Source: Alphaproteobacteria bacterium
GTDB taxonomy: Bacteria; Pseudomonadota; Alphaproteobacteria; GCA-2731375
Direction: 5' to 3'
Assembly: GCA_965225945.1 (NCBI GenBank)
Contig: CBDDBZ010000039.1
Span: 32,001-96,000 of the forward strand
DNA: 64,000 nt
Shown here: piece by piece, positions 21,075 through 31,236 of the stretch
Layout of the letters: every line of letters starts with the position of its first letter
Position numbering within the stretch: position 1 is the first letter of the stretch
Position numbers and translations under genes: made by a program
The notes under the pieces: generated by a model
Database searches by the model: none
What the model was told of the DNA's origin: nothing
What the model saw: only the letters and a program-made list of their open reading frames with translations

Positions 21075-21910
21075 GCGCCGGGGCACTGACGGCGGCAGAG
21101 ATCAGCACCTTCGAGGCCGAAGGTTACCTGAACCTCGGCCAGTTGTTCGACGGTCGCGAAGCCGCGCTGCTGAAGCGGGAGGCGGGGCGAATCGCCTCGC
21201 CGGAGCGGGAATTGTCGGAAGCCAACCTCCGCGACGCCGAGACCGGGCACGTCTGGCGGAGCTACGCCATGGATCTCGATAGCGAGATCTTTTACCTGGC
21301 GACGCGCCTGCCGCGACTGCTGGACCGCGCCCGCGCGCTCATCGGTCCCCACATCTACCTCTGGCAGTCGCACATGAACCACAAGCCGGCGGGCAAGGGC
21401 GAGGCCTGGCAGTGGCATCAGGACTACGCCAACTGGTACCTCGACGGCATGCCGCGCGGCGGGGTACGCGACGTCGTCACCTTCATGGTGATGGTGGATG
21501 ACTGCACGCCGGAGAACGGCCCGCTAAAGCTCATCCCCGGCTCGCACTCGGGGGGGCGGGACGAGGGCTATTGGGATTCCACCTCCGCCAAGTTCGCCCA
21601 GCAGGTGATCACGCCGGCGAAACTGGAGGCGCTGATCGAGGCGAACGGCGTGGTTCAGTTGCTGGGGCCGGCCGGCACGGTGGTGATGCTCACCGGCCTC
21701 GCCATACACGCCTCCTCGGAGAACCTGTCGGATCGGCCGCGCTGCCTCGCCTATTTCGTTTACAACCGCGAGGACAACCGGCCGACCCTCGGGCCCGGGA
21801 TGAGCGGCCGGCCGCACGTCTCCAAGTATCAGATCGATCTCTCCAAGCCGGAGATCGACGACAGGGCGGACGACGCGGCGCTCAGGCGACTGGCGGGGTC
21901 GGCCGAATGA
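21071..21910 (+). CDS. phytanoyl-CoA dioxygenase (PhyH/EctD-like) family protein
   Basis: WQWHQDY, NGPLKLIPGSH, H.S..N.S..PR. Confidence 0.88.
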   Translation: MSAGALTAAEISTFEAEGYLNLGQLFDGREAALLKREAGRIASPERELSEANLRDAETGHVWRSYAMDLDSEIFYLATRLPRLLDRARALIGPHIYLWQSHMNHKPAGKGEAWQWHQDYANWYLDGMPRGGVRDVVTFMVMVDDCTPENGPLKLIPGSHSGGRDEGYWDSTSAKFAQQVITPAKLEALIEANGVVQLLGPAGTVVMLTGLAIHASSENLSDRPRCLAYFVYNREDNRPTLGPGMSGRPHVSKYQIDLSKPEIDDRADDAALRRLAGSAE

Positions 21911-22284
21911 GTGTCGGGGCCGGCGATCGAGCACTTCACCCGACCGTGACCGTCGCGACGGTCACGGTGGCGGTGCGCGGAGCGGAGCGCGACAAGACCG
22001 CCTTGACCCTCGGCATCCTCGCCTATCTCGGCGGCGGGGCCAGCGCGGTTTATCTTCCCTTCGGCGTGCTCGGCGTGCCGCTGGCCCTGATCCTCGGCGC
22101 CGTGGCGATCCGGCGGGGGAGCCGACTTCGGCAATGGCCGCCGGTCGGGGCGGCGGTCCTCGGCCTGCTGTTCTCGATGCTGTGGTTCGGGCTGATGGCG
22201 ATCGATTCCGGCGCCTTCCCCGAGCTCTTTCGCTGCGCCGCCATCGAGGCGCCCTGCGAGGCGACGGCGCCCCTCGCCGAATAA
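21907..22284 (+). CDS. small membrane protein (DUF4190-like)
   Basis: Two to three TM segments (ALTLGIL...LALILGAVA); ATG overlaps the upstream stop. Confidence 0.55.
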   Translation: MSVGAGDRALHPTVTVATVTVAVRGAERDKTALTLGILAYLGGGASAVYLPFGVLGVPLALILGAVAIRRGSRLRQWPPVGAAVLGLLFSMLWFGLMAIDSGAFPELFRCAAIEAPCEATAPLAE

Positions 22285-22391
22285 AGGCGGTGGGATTCGC
22301 ACACGGCGGCGCATGGTATAAACTCCGATCCGCGCGCGGCGATCGTCCGTGGTCGTCGCCCACCGAACAGCGAACGCGGGAGAAAGCAACG

Positions 22392-23621
22392 ATGAACGCA
22401 ATCACGCCCCCCGACGGCGCGCCGGCGCTCGCCGGCATTCGGGTTCTCGATCTGACGCAGTTCGAGGCGGGACCCTCCTGCACCGAGGCTTTGGCCTGGA
22501 TGGGCGCCGAGGTGGTGAAGCTGGAGGAGCCGAACAAGGGCGAGCCCGGGCGCTGGAGCTTCAGCGATAAGCCGAACGTCGATGCCAACTATTTCATTTA
22601 CTACAACCTCAACAAGAGAAGCATCACCTGCAACCTGAAGTCCGACGAGGGCAAGGCGCTGCTGGCCCGCCTCGTCGCCGAGGTCGACGTGGTGATCGAG
22701 AACATGGCGCCCGGCACCTTCGCCCGGCTCGGCTTCAACTACGAGCGCCTGAGCGCCATCAACCCCCGGGTGATCTTCGCCCAGATCAAGGGCTTCGCCC
22801 CCGACAGCCCGCAGGCGGACTATCTCTCCTTCGACATGATCGCGCAGGCCACCGGCGGCACCATGGCCGTCAACGGCCAGCCCGACGGACCGCCGATCCG
22901 CCCCGGCTCCACCATCGGCGATACCGGCACCGGGATGCTCTGCTGCATCGGCATTCTGGGCGCGCTGTTCCAGCGCCACGCGACGGGGCGCGGTCAGCAC
23001 ATCCAGATCGCCATGCGGGACGCGATGATGAACTACATCCGCACGCCCATGAGCAAGCAGGTCCCGCTCGAGGGCGTGCTGCCGCGCCCCGGGAACGAGG
23101 TCGTCGGCACCTCGCCGGGCGGGCTCTACGCTTGCGCGCCGGGCGGGGCGGACGACTATTGCTTCATCTTCGCCAGCCGTGCCAACGAGGCCCATTGGCA
23201 CCGCCTGGCGCGGGTCATCGGGCGGGAGGACCTGATCGAGGATCCGAGGCTCCCCGACCCCTCCGCCCGCTGGGAGCATAAGGAGGTGGTCAATGAGGCG
23301 ATCACCGCCTGGACCTCCGGGCACACCAAGGAGGAGGTGATGGCCCGAGTGGCCGGAGCGGGTGTGCCCTGCGGCGCCGTGTTCAACACCAAGGAGCTGA
23401 TGTTCGACGAGGACCTGCATGCCCGCGGCATCATGACCAAGGTCGAGCATCCCCAGCGCGGCGAGGTCAACGTCGCCGGCTGGCCCTTGAAGATGTCCGA
23501 CAGCCACGTGCCGGTGGAATGTGCGCCGCTGCTGGGCGCCGACAACGAGTCGATCTACGCTGCCTGGCTCGGCTGCACGAGGGAAGAGGTGCGCGACATG
23601 GCCGAGCGAAGGGTGATCTGA
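22392..23621 (+). CDS. class III CoA-transferase (CaiB/BaiF, formyl-CoA transferase-like)
   Basis: LDLTQFEAGP, NLNKRSI, ENMAPG, GDTGTG, APLLGADN. Confidence 0.9.
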   Translation: MNAITPPDGAPALAGIRVLDLTQFEAGPSCTEALAWMGAEVVKLEEPNKGEPGRWSFSDKPNVDANYFIYYNLNKRSITCNLKSDEGKALLARLVAEVDVVIENMAPGTFARLGFNYERLSAINPRVIFAQIKGFAPDSPQADYLSFDMIAQATGGTMAVNGQPDGPPIRPGSTIGDTGTGMLCCIGILGALFQRHATGRGQHIQIAMRDAMMNYIRTPMSKQVPLEGVLPRPGNEVVGTSPGGLYACAPGGADDYCFIFASRANEAHWHRLARVIGREDLIEDPRLPDPSARWEHKEVVNEAITAWTSGHTKEEVMARVAGAGVPCGAVFNTKELMFDEDLHARGIMTKVEHPQRGEVNVAGWPLKMSDSHVPVECAPLLGADNESIYAAWLGCTREEVRDMAERRVI

Positions 23622-23639
23622 GGGCGGCGCCCCTTAGCG

Positions 23640-24020
23640 CTACCGCGTCGGCACGCCGTAGAGATACCTCGTGTTGACCTCGGCCTCGTTGCCGTCGGGG
23701 TCCATCATGAAGAGGGCGCGGCCCTTGCCCCGTTCGCCGTAAGGGCCCCGGGTGAAGTCCCTCCCGCCCTCGAAGCGGGCGACGATCTGGTCGAAGACCT
23801 CCTCCTCGACGGTGAGCGCGAAGTGCATCGGGCCGCCGCCCCGGTGTCGCCCGGTGTGGTTGCGGAGCTGCAGCACGATGTGGCCGCGCGCCATCTGCAG
23901 GTAGGTCCGCTCGTCGTCTCGCTTGTCGATCGGGATGCCGAGGAGTTGGTGGTAGAAGGCCAGCGCCTTCTCCATGTCCCTGACCTTGAGAAAGATCTCC
24001 TCGATGCCGATGACGCTCAT
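23640..24020 (-). CDS. VOC family protein
   Basis: VRDMEKALAFY, HFAL, DPDGNEAE. Confidence 0.85.
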   Translation of the reverse strand: MSVIGIEEIFLKVRDMEKALAFYHQLLGIPIDKRDDERTYLQMARGHIVLQLRNHTGRHRGGGPMHFALTVEEEVFDQIVARFEGGRDFTRGPYGERGKGRALFMMDPDGNEAEVNTRYLYGVPTR

Positions 24021-24136
24021 GGCGCGCTCCGTTCCCTCGGGTGGTGATGGCTCGCCCCATCATACATGCGAAACGGTTTGCGCCGGGAAGGGAGTCGTGG
24101 ATTTATCGCCGGGGACCGGCGCCGGGCCCGGCCCGG

Positions 24137-25359
24137 CTATTGGGCCGCCCGGCGGGCCGCCTCGGCCTCGGCGAGTTTCTGGAAGCCGTCGCGGCTCTGC
24201 GGCAGTTTCATCCCCAGAATGCGCGAGGCGACCACGGTCCTGAGGATCTCCGCCGTACCGCCGCCGATGGTGAACATGCGGGCGTCGCGGCACATCCGCT
24301 CCAGCGGATTGTTGCGGGAATAGCCGGCGGCGCCATGAACCTGCAGGGCGGCGTTGGTGATCTCGATCGCCGCTTCCGAGGTGAATATCTTCGCCTGCGC
24401 CGCCTCCAGCGCGTCCGGAAAGCCCTCGCCGGCATTCTCGGCGGCGCGCCAGATCAGCGCGCGGCTGGCGGCGAGCTTGGTGCTCATGTCCGCCAGCATC
24501 CATTGCAAGCCCTGGAATTCGGCGATCGGGCGGCCGAACTGCTCTCGCTCGCGGGCATAATCGAGGGCCAAGAGGTAGGCCCCCTCGGCGAGCCCCAGGG
24601 CCACGGTCGCGGCGCCGACGCGCTGGCTGTTATAGGCGTTCATCAGGTCGGCGAAGCCCTTCTTCAGACCCCTCGGCGGCAGCACCAGCATCGAAGGCGG
24701 CAGCTCCATGTCCTCCAGGATCACCTCGGCCTCGGGAATGCCGCGCAGACCCATGGTCGGCTCGCGCTCGCCGATCCGCAGGCCCTCGGTTTCGCCCCTG
24801 ACGGCGATGAAGCCGCCGATCCCCTCCTCCTCGCCGGCCTCGTCGAAGACCCGGGCGAAGATCAAGTGCAGGCGCGAGACGCCGCCACCGGTGATCCAAT
24901 GCTTCTTGCCGTTCAGGACATAAGCGTTGCCACGCTTGTCGGCGCGGGTGGTCATCTCGCTGGCGGCGCTGCCGGCATCCGGCTCGGTGATGAGAATCGC
25001 CGGTTGTCGCCGGACAGCACAAGACCGGCGGCGAGCCGCTTCTGCGCCTCCGTGCCGTAGGCCATGATGGCGCTGAGGGCGCCCATGTTGGCCTCGACCG
25101 CGATCCGCCCGGTGACGCCGCAGACCTTCGCCATCTCCTCGATCACCAGGACCGCGTCCATGTAGGTGAGGCCGCCGCCACCGAGCGCCGTCGGAATGGT
25201 CATGCCGAAGAAGCCGGCCTCGCACAGCTTCTCGACGTTTTCCCAGGGGTATTGCTCGCTTCTGTCGACCTCCGAGGCGCGCGGCCGGATTTCGCCCAGG
25301 GCGAGTTCGCGGGCCTTGGCGCGCAGGCTCTCGCGCTCGGGGCTCAGACGGTCGGGCAT
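24137..25359 (-). pseudogene. acdA: 3-sulfinopropanoyl-CoA desulfinase (AcdA)-like acyl-CoA dehydrogenase homolog with a 1-nt frameshift near 25004
   Basis: N-terminal half (24952..25359) and C-terminal half (24137..) are in different frames. Adding one base in gac-aa-ccg restores GD(K/N)PAILITEPDAGSAASEMTTRAD. Also GFADLMNAYNSQRVG. Confidence 0.75.
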
Positions 25360-25405
25360 GGCGATGACTCCCTGGTCGAACCCGGAGCGAGCGCGGCGCG
25401 GGGCC

Positions 25406-25975
25406 TCAGCTCGACAAGCGGGTCAGATAGATGTTGATCTGTTCGTTGCGGGTCGGCGCATGGGCCACCAGATACTCCGCGTCCTCGGCCACGAAATAGA
25501 TCTTGGTGGTACCCGCCGAAGCGCCGTCGGCGACGATGCGATTCCAGACGTCGTCGCCCAGAATGCGCTGGGCACAATCGATTTCATAACGCTCGAACAG
25601 CTGTCGCGTGGTGGCGCCGAGCTCCACCAGTTCGCCGGTCCGGGTCGCGCGGAACACCGGATCGGGCTTACGCTCGGGAAAATCGGCGATCGATTCGATC
25701 CGCCGGTTCTTGTAGCGCGCCGCCACGGCCGAATAGATGCCGACACAGAACGGGAAGGCAAAGGCGAGAAACACCGAGAACAGCGTCAGGCCCGGCCTGA
25801 GGTCGAATTCGCGCGCGAACATGGCGAAAGGGTCCCTGTCGGTGCGGAACCAGGGCACCAGGAGCTGGCCATAGAGATTGATCAAGATGCCGACGATGGC
25901 GGCGAGAACGTAAGTCGCTCGATCGTGCAGCTTGTCGACGATCAATCGACGGATGAGCCGATAATCCATCGCCAT
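25406..25975 (-). CDS. two-TM membrane protein (NrtS-like N-terminus) with a C-terminal PAS-like unit
   Basis: IVGILINLYGQ...AFPFCVGIYSA, then FPERKPDPVFR, which resembles the cyclase repeat. Confidence 0.65.
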   Translation of the reverse strand: MAMDYRLIRRLIVDKLHDRATYVLAAIVGILINLYGQLLVPWFRTDRDPFAMFAREFDLRPGLTLFSVFLAFAFPFCVGIYSAVAARYKNRRIESIADFPERKPDPVFRATRTGELVELGATTRQLFERYEIDCAQRILGDDVWNRIVADGASAGTTKIYFVAEDAEYLVAHAPTRNEQINIYLTRLSS

Positions 25976-26105
25976 CCCTCGCAGTCCGGCGTGTCGGTCC
26001 CGTGCGAGGGACCGCGTTTGCGATGCGCCCCTCGCCCTTCCGGCACTGTCTCGACAGCCGCCGAAAGCTAGCTCATCGGCCGCGCGAAGTCGAGGCGAGC
26101 GGCGC

Positions 26106-28316
26106 TTACTTCACGGTTATCTCGGTGATGGCGCTCCAGTTTTCCGGCGGCGGTCGGGCCATGTAGCGCCAGCAGCGGTCGAGGTAGATCTGCGTCGGGC
26201 GATCGTTCGGATTGCACCCGAGGGCCTCGGTGAAGCGCTCCGCCCCCTGCCGCCATTGGCGCTGGCGATAAAGCCGCCGGCCCTCGGCGAAGGCGGCGAG
26301 CGCCTCGTCCAGGCGGGGAAAACTCGCCTCGGTGTGGTGATCGAGAATCTCATGGAGCATGATCGGCCGCTCGCGCCCCGGCACGCGGACGCGGTCGATC
26401 TCCCGGTAGCGCCAATCGGCCTTGAGGCGGGCGAGGGTATCCTCGCTCACCAGGATTCTGGTGCCGTAATACTTGTTGGCGCCCTCGATTCGGCTGGCGA
26501 CGTTCACGTGATCGCCGATCACGGTGTAGTCCATCCGCCTCGGCGAGCCGATGGTGCCGGCCACGACGGGGCCGGAGTCGATGCCGACGCCGATGACGAT
26601 TTGCTCGCCGCGCTCGGCCTGCATTCGGGCGTTGAAGTCCTTCAGTTGGACCAGCATCTCGACCGCCGTGGCGACGGCGTTGTCGGCATCCTCGGGTCCC
26701 TGGAAGGGGGCACCGAACACGGCCATGAGCGCGTCGCCGATGAACTTGTCGAGCGTGCCCCCATGCTTGAAGACGATGTCGACCATGGTGGTGAAATATC
26801 GGTTCAGAATCTCCACCATTTCCCGCGCGTCGAGCCGTTCCGAAAGGCTGGAGAACTCGCGGATGTCGGAGAAAAAGATCGCCGCTTCCTGACTGGTGCC
26901 GCGCAGCATGGCCTCCTCGTTGTCGAGCAAGCGCTCGACGACGCTGTCGGACATGAAGCGGACCATGGTCCCCTTGATCCGCTTCTCGCGGGTGATGTCC
27001 TCGAGGATCAACATGCAGCCGGCGCCACCACCCAGGGGAACCGTCGTCAGGTTGACCGAGATCGCCTCCTCGGCGCCGACGTCGAGTTCGTGGTCGAGCT
27101 CGATGCCCGAGCCGCCGGTCGCGATCGTCTCCCGTAGGCGGGAGACGATGGCCTCGTTCCCCGGCCAAAGGTTGCGAGCGGCGAGACCCTCGACCGCCCC
27201 CTGCAATCGCAGGATCGCGCGGGCCGCCGGGTTGGCCATGGTGACCTGGAGCTCGCGATCGAAGGTGACGACGCCGTTGGAGAGGTTTTCGAGAATGTTC
27301 TCGTTGAAGTTCTTGGCGTCGATCACCTCTTGTTGGGCGCGCCGCTCCTCGGTGACGTCGCGGCCGTAGAGGTTGACGTAGTCGGCCCCCGCCACCGGCG
27401 TCAGCGCGAAGACGAAGGTCCGCTCGCCGCTGTGGAATTCGGCGAAACTGTTCTCCTCGGCGGCGCCGGCGGCGATCACAACGTCGCGCAATTCCCTCGC
27501 CAGCGCCGCGCCGTCGATCAAGCCGGAAAGCCGTCGTCCGGCCTGGTTGGAGAACAGCACCTCGCCGTCGCGGTGGACGCGCAGCACCGGGTTCGGATTT
27601 TCCTCCGGGAACTTGGCGAGGTCGTGCACCTCGCGAAGCGCGCGCCGCTCCTCCGTCACGTCGCGGCCGTAGAGGTTGACGTAGTCGGCCCCCGCTACCG
27701 GCGTCAGGGCGAAGACGAAGATGCGATCGCCGGCTTCGAACTCGGCGACGCGGTTGGCGCCCTCGCCGTAGGCCTCGCTCACCTGGGCGGCGAGCGCCGG
27801 GTCGAGCACGCCCGCGTCGAGCAGCCCCGGGAGTCGCCGGCCGGCCTGGTTCGAGAACAACACCCCGCCGTCACCGGCAACGCGCAGCACCGGGTTCGGG
27901 TTCTCCTCGGGGAACTTGGCGAGATCGCGCACCTCGCGGAGCGCGCGCCGCTCCTCCGTCACGTCGCGGCCGTAGAGGTTGACGTAACCGGCGCCCTCCA
28001 CCGGCGTCAGGGCGAAGACGAAAATCCGCTCCTCGCTCTCGAATTCGGCGAAGCGGTTGGCGCCTTCGCCGTCGGCCCGGGCGACTTCCTCCCGCAGTGA
28101 TGTGGTCAACGCCTCGCCGTCGAGCAATCCCGACAGTCGCCGCGCCGCGCCGTTCGAGAACACCACCGCGCCGTCGCCGGCGACGCGCAGCACGGGGTTC
28201 GGGTTCTCCTCCGGAAAGGTGGAGAGGTCCATTCCGCTCGGCGTGGTCTTGGCCCGGCGCGCGGCGAGCCGGCTTGCGCCGCGCTCCGAAGCATCTCGGT
28301 CGGACGCGCGATTCAT
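26106..28316 (-). CDS. class III adenylate cyclase with three tandem PAS-like repeats, a PAS domain and a C-terminal TPR-like region (start may be 28232)
   Basis: FSDIREFS, DKFIGDALM, GTIGS..RMDYTVIGDHVNVASRIE; FPEENPNPVLRV three times. Confidence 0.9.
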   Translation of the reverse strand: MNRASDRDASERGASRLAARRAKTTPSGMDLSTFPEENPNPVLRVAGDGAVVFSNGAARRLSGLLDGEALTTSLREEVARADGEGANRFAEFESEERIFVFALTPVEGAGYVNLYGRDVTEERRALREVRDLAKFPEENPNPVLRVAGDGGVLFSNQAGRRLPGLLDAGVLDPALAAQVSEAYGEGANRVAEFEAGDRIFVFALTPVAGADYVNLYGRDVTEERRALREVHDLAKFPEENPNPVLRVHRDGEVLFSNQAGRRLSGLIDGAALARELRDVVIAAGAAEENSFAEFHSGERTFVFALTPVAGADYVNLYGRDVTEERRAQQEVIDAKNFNENILENLSNGVVTFDRELQVTMANPAARAILRLQGAVEGLAARNLWPGNEAIVSRLRETIATGGSGIELDHELDVGAEEAISVNLTTVPLGGGAGCMLILEDITREKRIKGTMVRFMSDSVVERLLDNEEAMLRGTSQEAAIFFSDIREFSSLSERLDAREMVEILNRYFTTMVDIVFKHGGTLDKFIGDALMAVFGAPFQGPEDADNAVATAVEMLVQLKDFNARMQAERGEQIVIGVGIDSGPVVAGTIGSPRRMDYTVIGDHVNVASRIEGANKYYGTRILVSEDTLARLKADWRYREIDRVRVPGRERPIMLHEILDHHTEASFPRLDEALAAFAEGRRLYRQRQWRQGAERFTEALGCNPNDRPTQIYLDRCWRYMARPPPENWSAITEITVK
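27340..28220 (-). repeat. intragenic tandem repeat, 3 x 303 nt (101 aa)
   Basis: Equivalent positions at 28191, 27888 and 27585; each unit runs FPEENPNPVLRV...YVNLYGRDVTEERRA. Confidence 0.92.
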
Positions 28317-28469
28317 CGCCGCCCCCCTCGGATCAGAAGCTGAATTCTCTTATACGCCCGTCGACCGACACTGGCGAGCCGTTGGCGGCCGTGGCGCACC
28401 CCTCGAGCGCCGTCTCGTCGCCGCGCGAGAAATCTGCTATGAGGCGCCGATCCATCCACAGGCGACCAC

Positions 28470-28546
28470 GCGCCCGTAGCTCAGTCGGATAGAGCACTTG
28501 ATTCCTAATCAAGGGGTCGCAGGTTCGAGTCCTGCCGGGCGCGCCA
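28470..28546 (+). tRNA. tRNA-Arg(CCT)
   Basis: GCGCCCG acceptor stem, anticodon arm cttga-ttCCTaa-tcaag, GGTTCGAGTCC T-arm, encoded CCA; 77 nt. Confidence 0.97.
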
Positions 28547-28768
28547 CCTATCGGATGTGAGAATTCGATTTCGTCACCGCCCTCGCCCGCCTGGCGGGAC
28601 CTGGGCAAGTCGTCGACGTTATCGTTATTTTCGGCCCACGCCCCGGCGCGGCAAGTGCAATCGGCTTGGCACTGGCCACCAAATGCTTGTCGATCCAGCC
28701 TCGAGGGATGCAGCATGAGCCCCCTACAAGCGAGGCAACGTCATCGTTCGCAGGAGGAAGCTATCGTG

Positions 28769-30430
28769 ATGGGAACGGAAGCGGGGATCAAAGCTTCGGA
28801 TCTCTTGGTCAGGGCGCTGGAGAACGAGGGCGTGGAGTATGTCTTCGGGGTCCCCGGCGAGGAAAATCTCGACTTTCTCGAGTCGCTCAGGACCTCGAGC
28901 ATCCGGCTGGTCTTGACCCGTCACGAGCAAGCCGCCGGCTTCATGGCAGCGACCTACGGGCGCCTGACCGGCAAGGCCGGGGTCTGCTTGGCGACCCTCG
29001 GTCCGGGCGCCACCAACTTCGTGACCGCGGCCGCCTATGCCCAGCTCGGCGCGATGCCGATGGTGATGATCACCGGCCAGAAGCCGATCAAGGTCAGCAA
29101 GCAAGGCCGTTTTCAGATCGTCGACGTCATCGCCATCATGCGCCCGGTGACCAAGCTCGCCAAACAGATCGTCGACGGCGGCACGATCCCGAGCCTGGTG
29201 CGCGAGGCGTTCCGGCTGGCCGAGGAGGAACGGCCCGGCGCGGTGCTGCTGGAACTGCCCGAGGACATCGCCGCCGAGCAGGTGGCGGACGATGCGCTGT
29301 TTCCCGCCACGACGCCCCGGCGACCGAATTGCAGCGATGCGGCGATCGACGATGCCGCGGCCATGATCCGCGCGGCCACGCGCCCGTTGCTGCTGGTCGG
29401 CGCCGGCGCCAACCGCAAGCAGATCATCGACGCGCTAGAGCTCTTCCTCGCCAAGACCGGCATCCCCTTCTTCAACACCCAGATGGGCAAGGGGGTGATC
29501 GGCGGTTTCCACCACCTCTACATCGGCACCGCGGCGCTGTCCGACGGCGATTATCTGCATTGTGCCGTGGACCGTGCCGATCTCGTCATCAACGCCGGCC
29601 ACGACGTGGTCGAGAAACCGCCCTTCTTCATGGAGCACGGCGGCAAGCAGGTGATCCATATCAACTTCAACCCGGCCCATGTCGACCAGGTGTATTTTCC
29701 GCAGCTTGAGCTGATCGGCGACGTCGCCTCCAGCTTCCACCGCCTCGCGGACAAACTGGAGCCGGTGGCGAGCCACGATTTCGACTATTTCATGGCTGTG
29801 CGCGAAGAAGTGCTGGCGCATATCGCCGAGGGCACGGACGATCCGCGCTATCCGCTGGCCCCGCAACGCATCGTCGCCGACGTTCGCGCCGTGATGCCGG
29901 ACGACGGGGTGATCGCGCTCGACAACGGCGTCTACAAGATCTGGTTTGCCCGCAATTATCTAACCCGGCAGCCGAACACGGTGCTGCTCGACAACGCGCT
30001 GGCGAGCATGGGGGCGGGCCTGCCGTCGGCGATGACGGTGGCGTTGCTGTATCGCGACCGCAAGGTGATGGCGATTTGCGGCGACGGCGGCTTCATGATG
30101 AACAGCCAAGAGCTGGAGACCGCGGTTCGTCTCGGCCTCGATCTGGTGGTGCTGATCCTGAGGGACGATGCCTATGGCATGATCCGTTGGAAGCAGGCGG
30201 CCCAGGGCCTGCCCGACTGGGGTCTCGAATACGGCAACCCCGACTTCGTCAAGTATGCCGAAAGCTACGGTGCCTCGGGCCATCGCGTCGGGGCGACAGC
30301 AGACTTGGTGCCGATACTGGAACGGTGCTTCGGGGCGGGCGGCGTCCAGGTGGTCGAGGTGCCCGTCGATTATGGCGAGAACCAGCGCGTCTTGATCGAC
30401 GAACTGGCGGCGCGCGCCTGCCGGATCTGA
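28769..30430 (+). CDS. acetolactate synthase large subunit-like TPP enzyme
   Basis: FGVPGEEN, RHEQAAGFMA, TLGPGATN, GDGGFMMNSQE. Confidence 0.92.
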   Translation: MGTEAGIKASDLLVRALENEGVEYVFGVPGEENLDFLESLRTSSIRLVLTRHEQAAGFMAATYGRLTGKAGVCLATLGPGATNFVTAAAYAQLGAMPMVMITGQKPIKVSKQGRFQIVDVIAIMRPVTKLAKQIVDGGTIPSLVREAFRLAEEERPGAVLLELPEDIAAEQVADDALFPATTPRRPNCSDAAIDDAAAMIRAATRPLLLVGAGANRKQIIDALELFLAKTGIPFFNTQMGKGVIGGFHHLYIGTAALSDGDYLHCAVDRADLVINAGHDVVEKPPFFMEHGGKQVIHINFNPAHVDQVYFPQLELIGDVASSFHRLADKLEPVASHDFDYFMAVREEVLAHIAEGTDDPRYPLAPQRIVADVRAVMPDDGVIALDNGVYKIWFARNYLTRQPNTVLLDNALASMGAGLPSAMTVALLYRDRKVMAICGDGGFMMNSQELETAVRLGLDLVVLILRDDAYGMIRWKQAAQGLPDWGLEYGNPDFVKYAESYGASGHRVGATADLVPILERCFGAGGVQVVEVPVDYGENQRVLIDELAARACRI

Positions 30431-30541
30431 TCTCCCGCAACGGCGTCCCGCGCCCCCGATGTCGGGCTCGCCGATCTCCGGGCTCGCGGCCAGGCGTGAT
30501 CGGGGTAAACTCCGCCGGCGCGACCATAGGGGGGACGGCAC

Positions 30542-30853
30542 TTGAACGAGCAGGCGAGCGACGGCGCCCAGATCCTCGATCGGCTCTACGAGGTGATCGA
30601 ATCGCGTCGGGGCGGAAACCCGAAGGAATCGCGGACGGCACGGCTTTTCGATCGGGGCCTGAACAAGATCTGCCAGAAGGTCGGCGAGGAGGCGACGGAG
30701 ACCGTGGTGGCGGCGCTGGTCGAATCGGACAAGCGCCTGGTCTCCGAGAGCGCGGACTTGATCTATCACCTGATGGTGCTGCTGGCGGCGCGCGGGATCC
30801 GGCCGGAGGCGGTCTGGGCCGAGCTCGCCGAACGCGCGTCCGAGCGGAAGTAG
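30542..30853 (+). CDS. hisE: phosphoribosyl-ATP diphosphatase
   Basis: S.TARLF..G...I.QKVGEEATE...ESADLIYHLMV. Confidence 0.95.
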   Translation: MNEQASDGAQILDRLYEVIESRRGGNPKESRTARLFDRGLNKICQKVGEEATETVVAALVESDKRLVSESADLIYHLMVLLAARGIRPEAVWAELAERASERK

Positions 30854-30870
30854 AAGCGGCGAGACAACCG

Positions 30871-31236
30871 ATGGCCTATGACGCGAGCAACGTCTTCCGC
30901 AAGATCATCGACGGCGAGATTCCGTGCCGGAAGGTCTTCGAAAACAGCCACGCGCTGGCCTTTCACGACGTCAACCCGGTCATGCCGGTCCACGTGCTGG
31001 TGATCCCCAAGGGCCGCTACGCCACGATGGTCGAATTCGCCCGCGATGCCAGCGCCGAGGAGCAGGCCGACCTGGTCCGCGCCATGGGCGAGGTCGCGCG
31101 CCTCATGGGCGTGGCGGAGAGCGGCTGCCGGCTGATCGCCAACAACGGCGCGGACGGGCGCCAGGAGGTGGGGCATCTGCACTTCCACGTCCTCGGCGGC
31201 ACGCGAATCGGCGGCCGCTTGGTCAAGCTGGATTGA
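30871..31236 (+). CDS. histidine triad (HIT) nucleotide-binding protein
   Basis: NVFRKIIDGEIP, HVLVIPK, QEVGHLHFHVLGG. Confidence 0.93.
   Translation: MAYDASNVFRKIIDGEIPCRKVFENSHALAFHDVNPVMPVHVLVIPKGRYATMVEFARDASAEEQADLVRAMGEVARLMGVAESGCRLIANNGADGRQEVGHLHFHVLGGTRIGGRLVKLD

Noticed and set aside
28470-28546. tRNA-Arg as an integration site
   Set aside because: No adjacent integrase and no duplicated 3' end found in the window.
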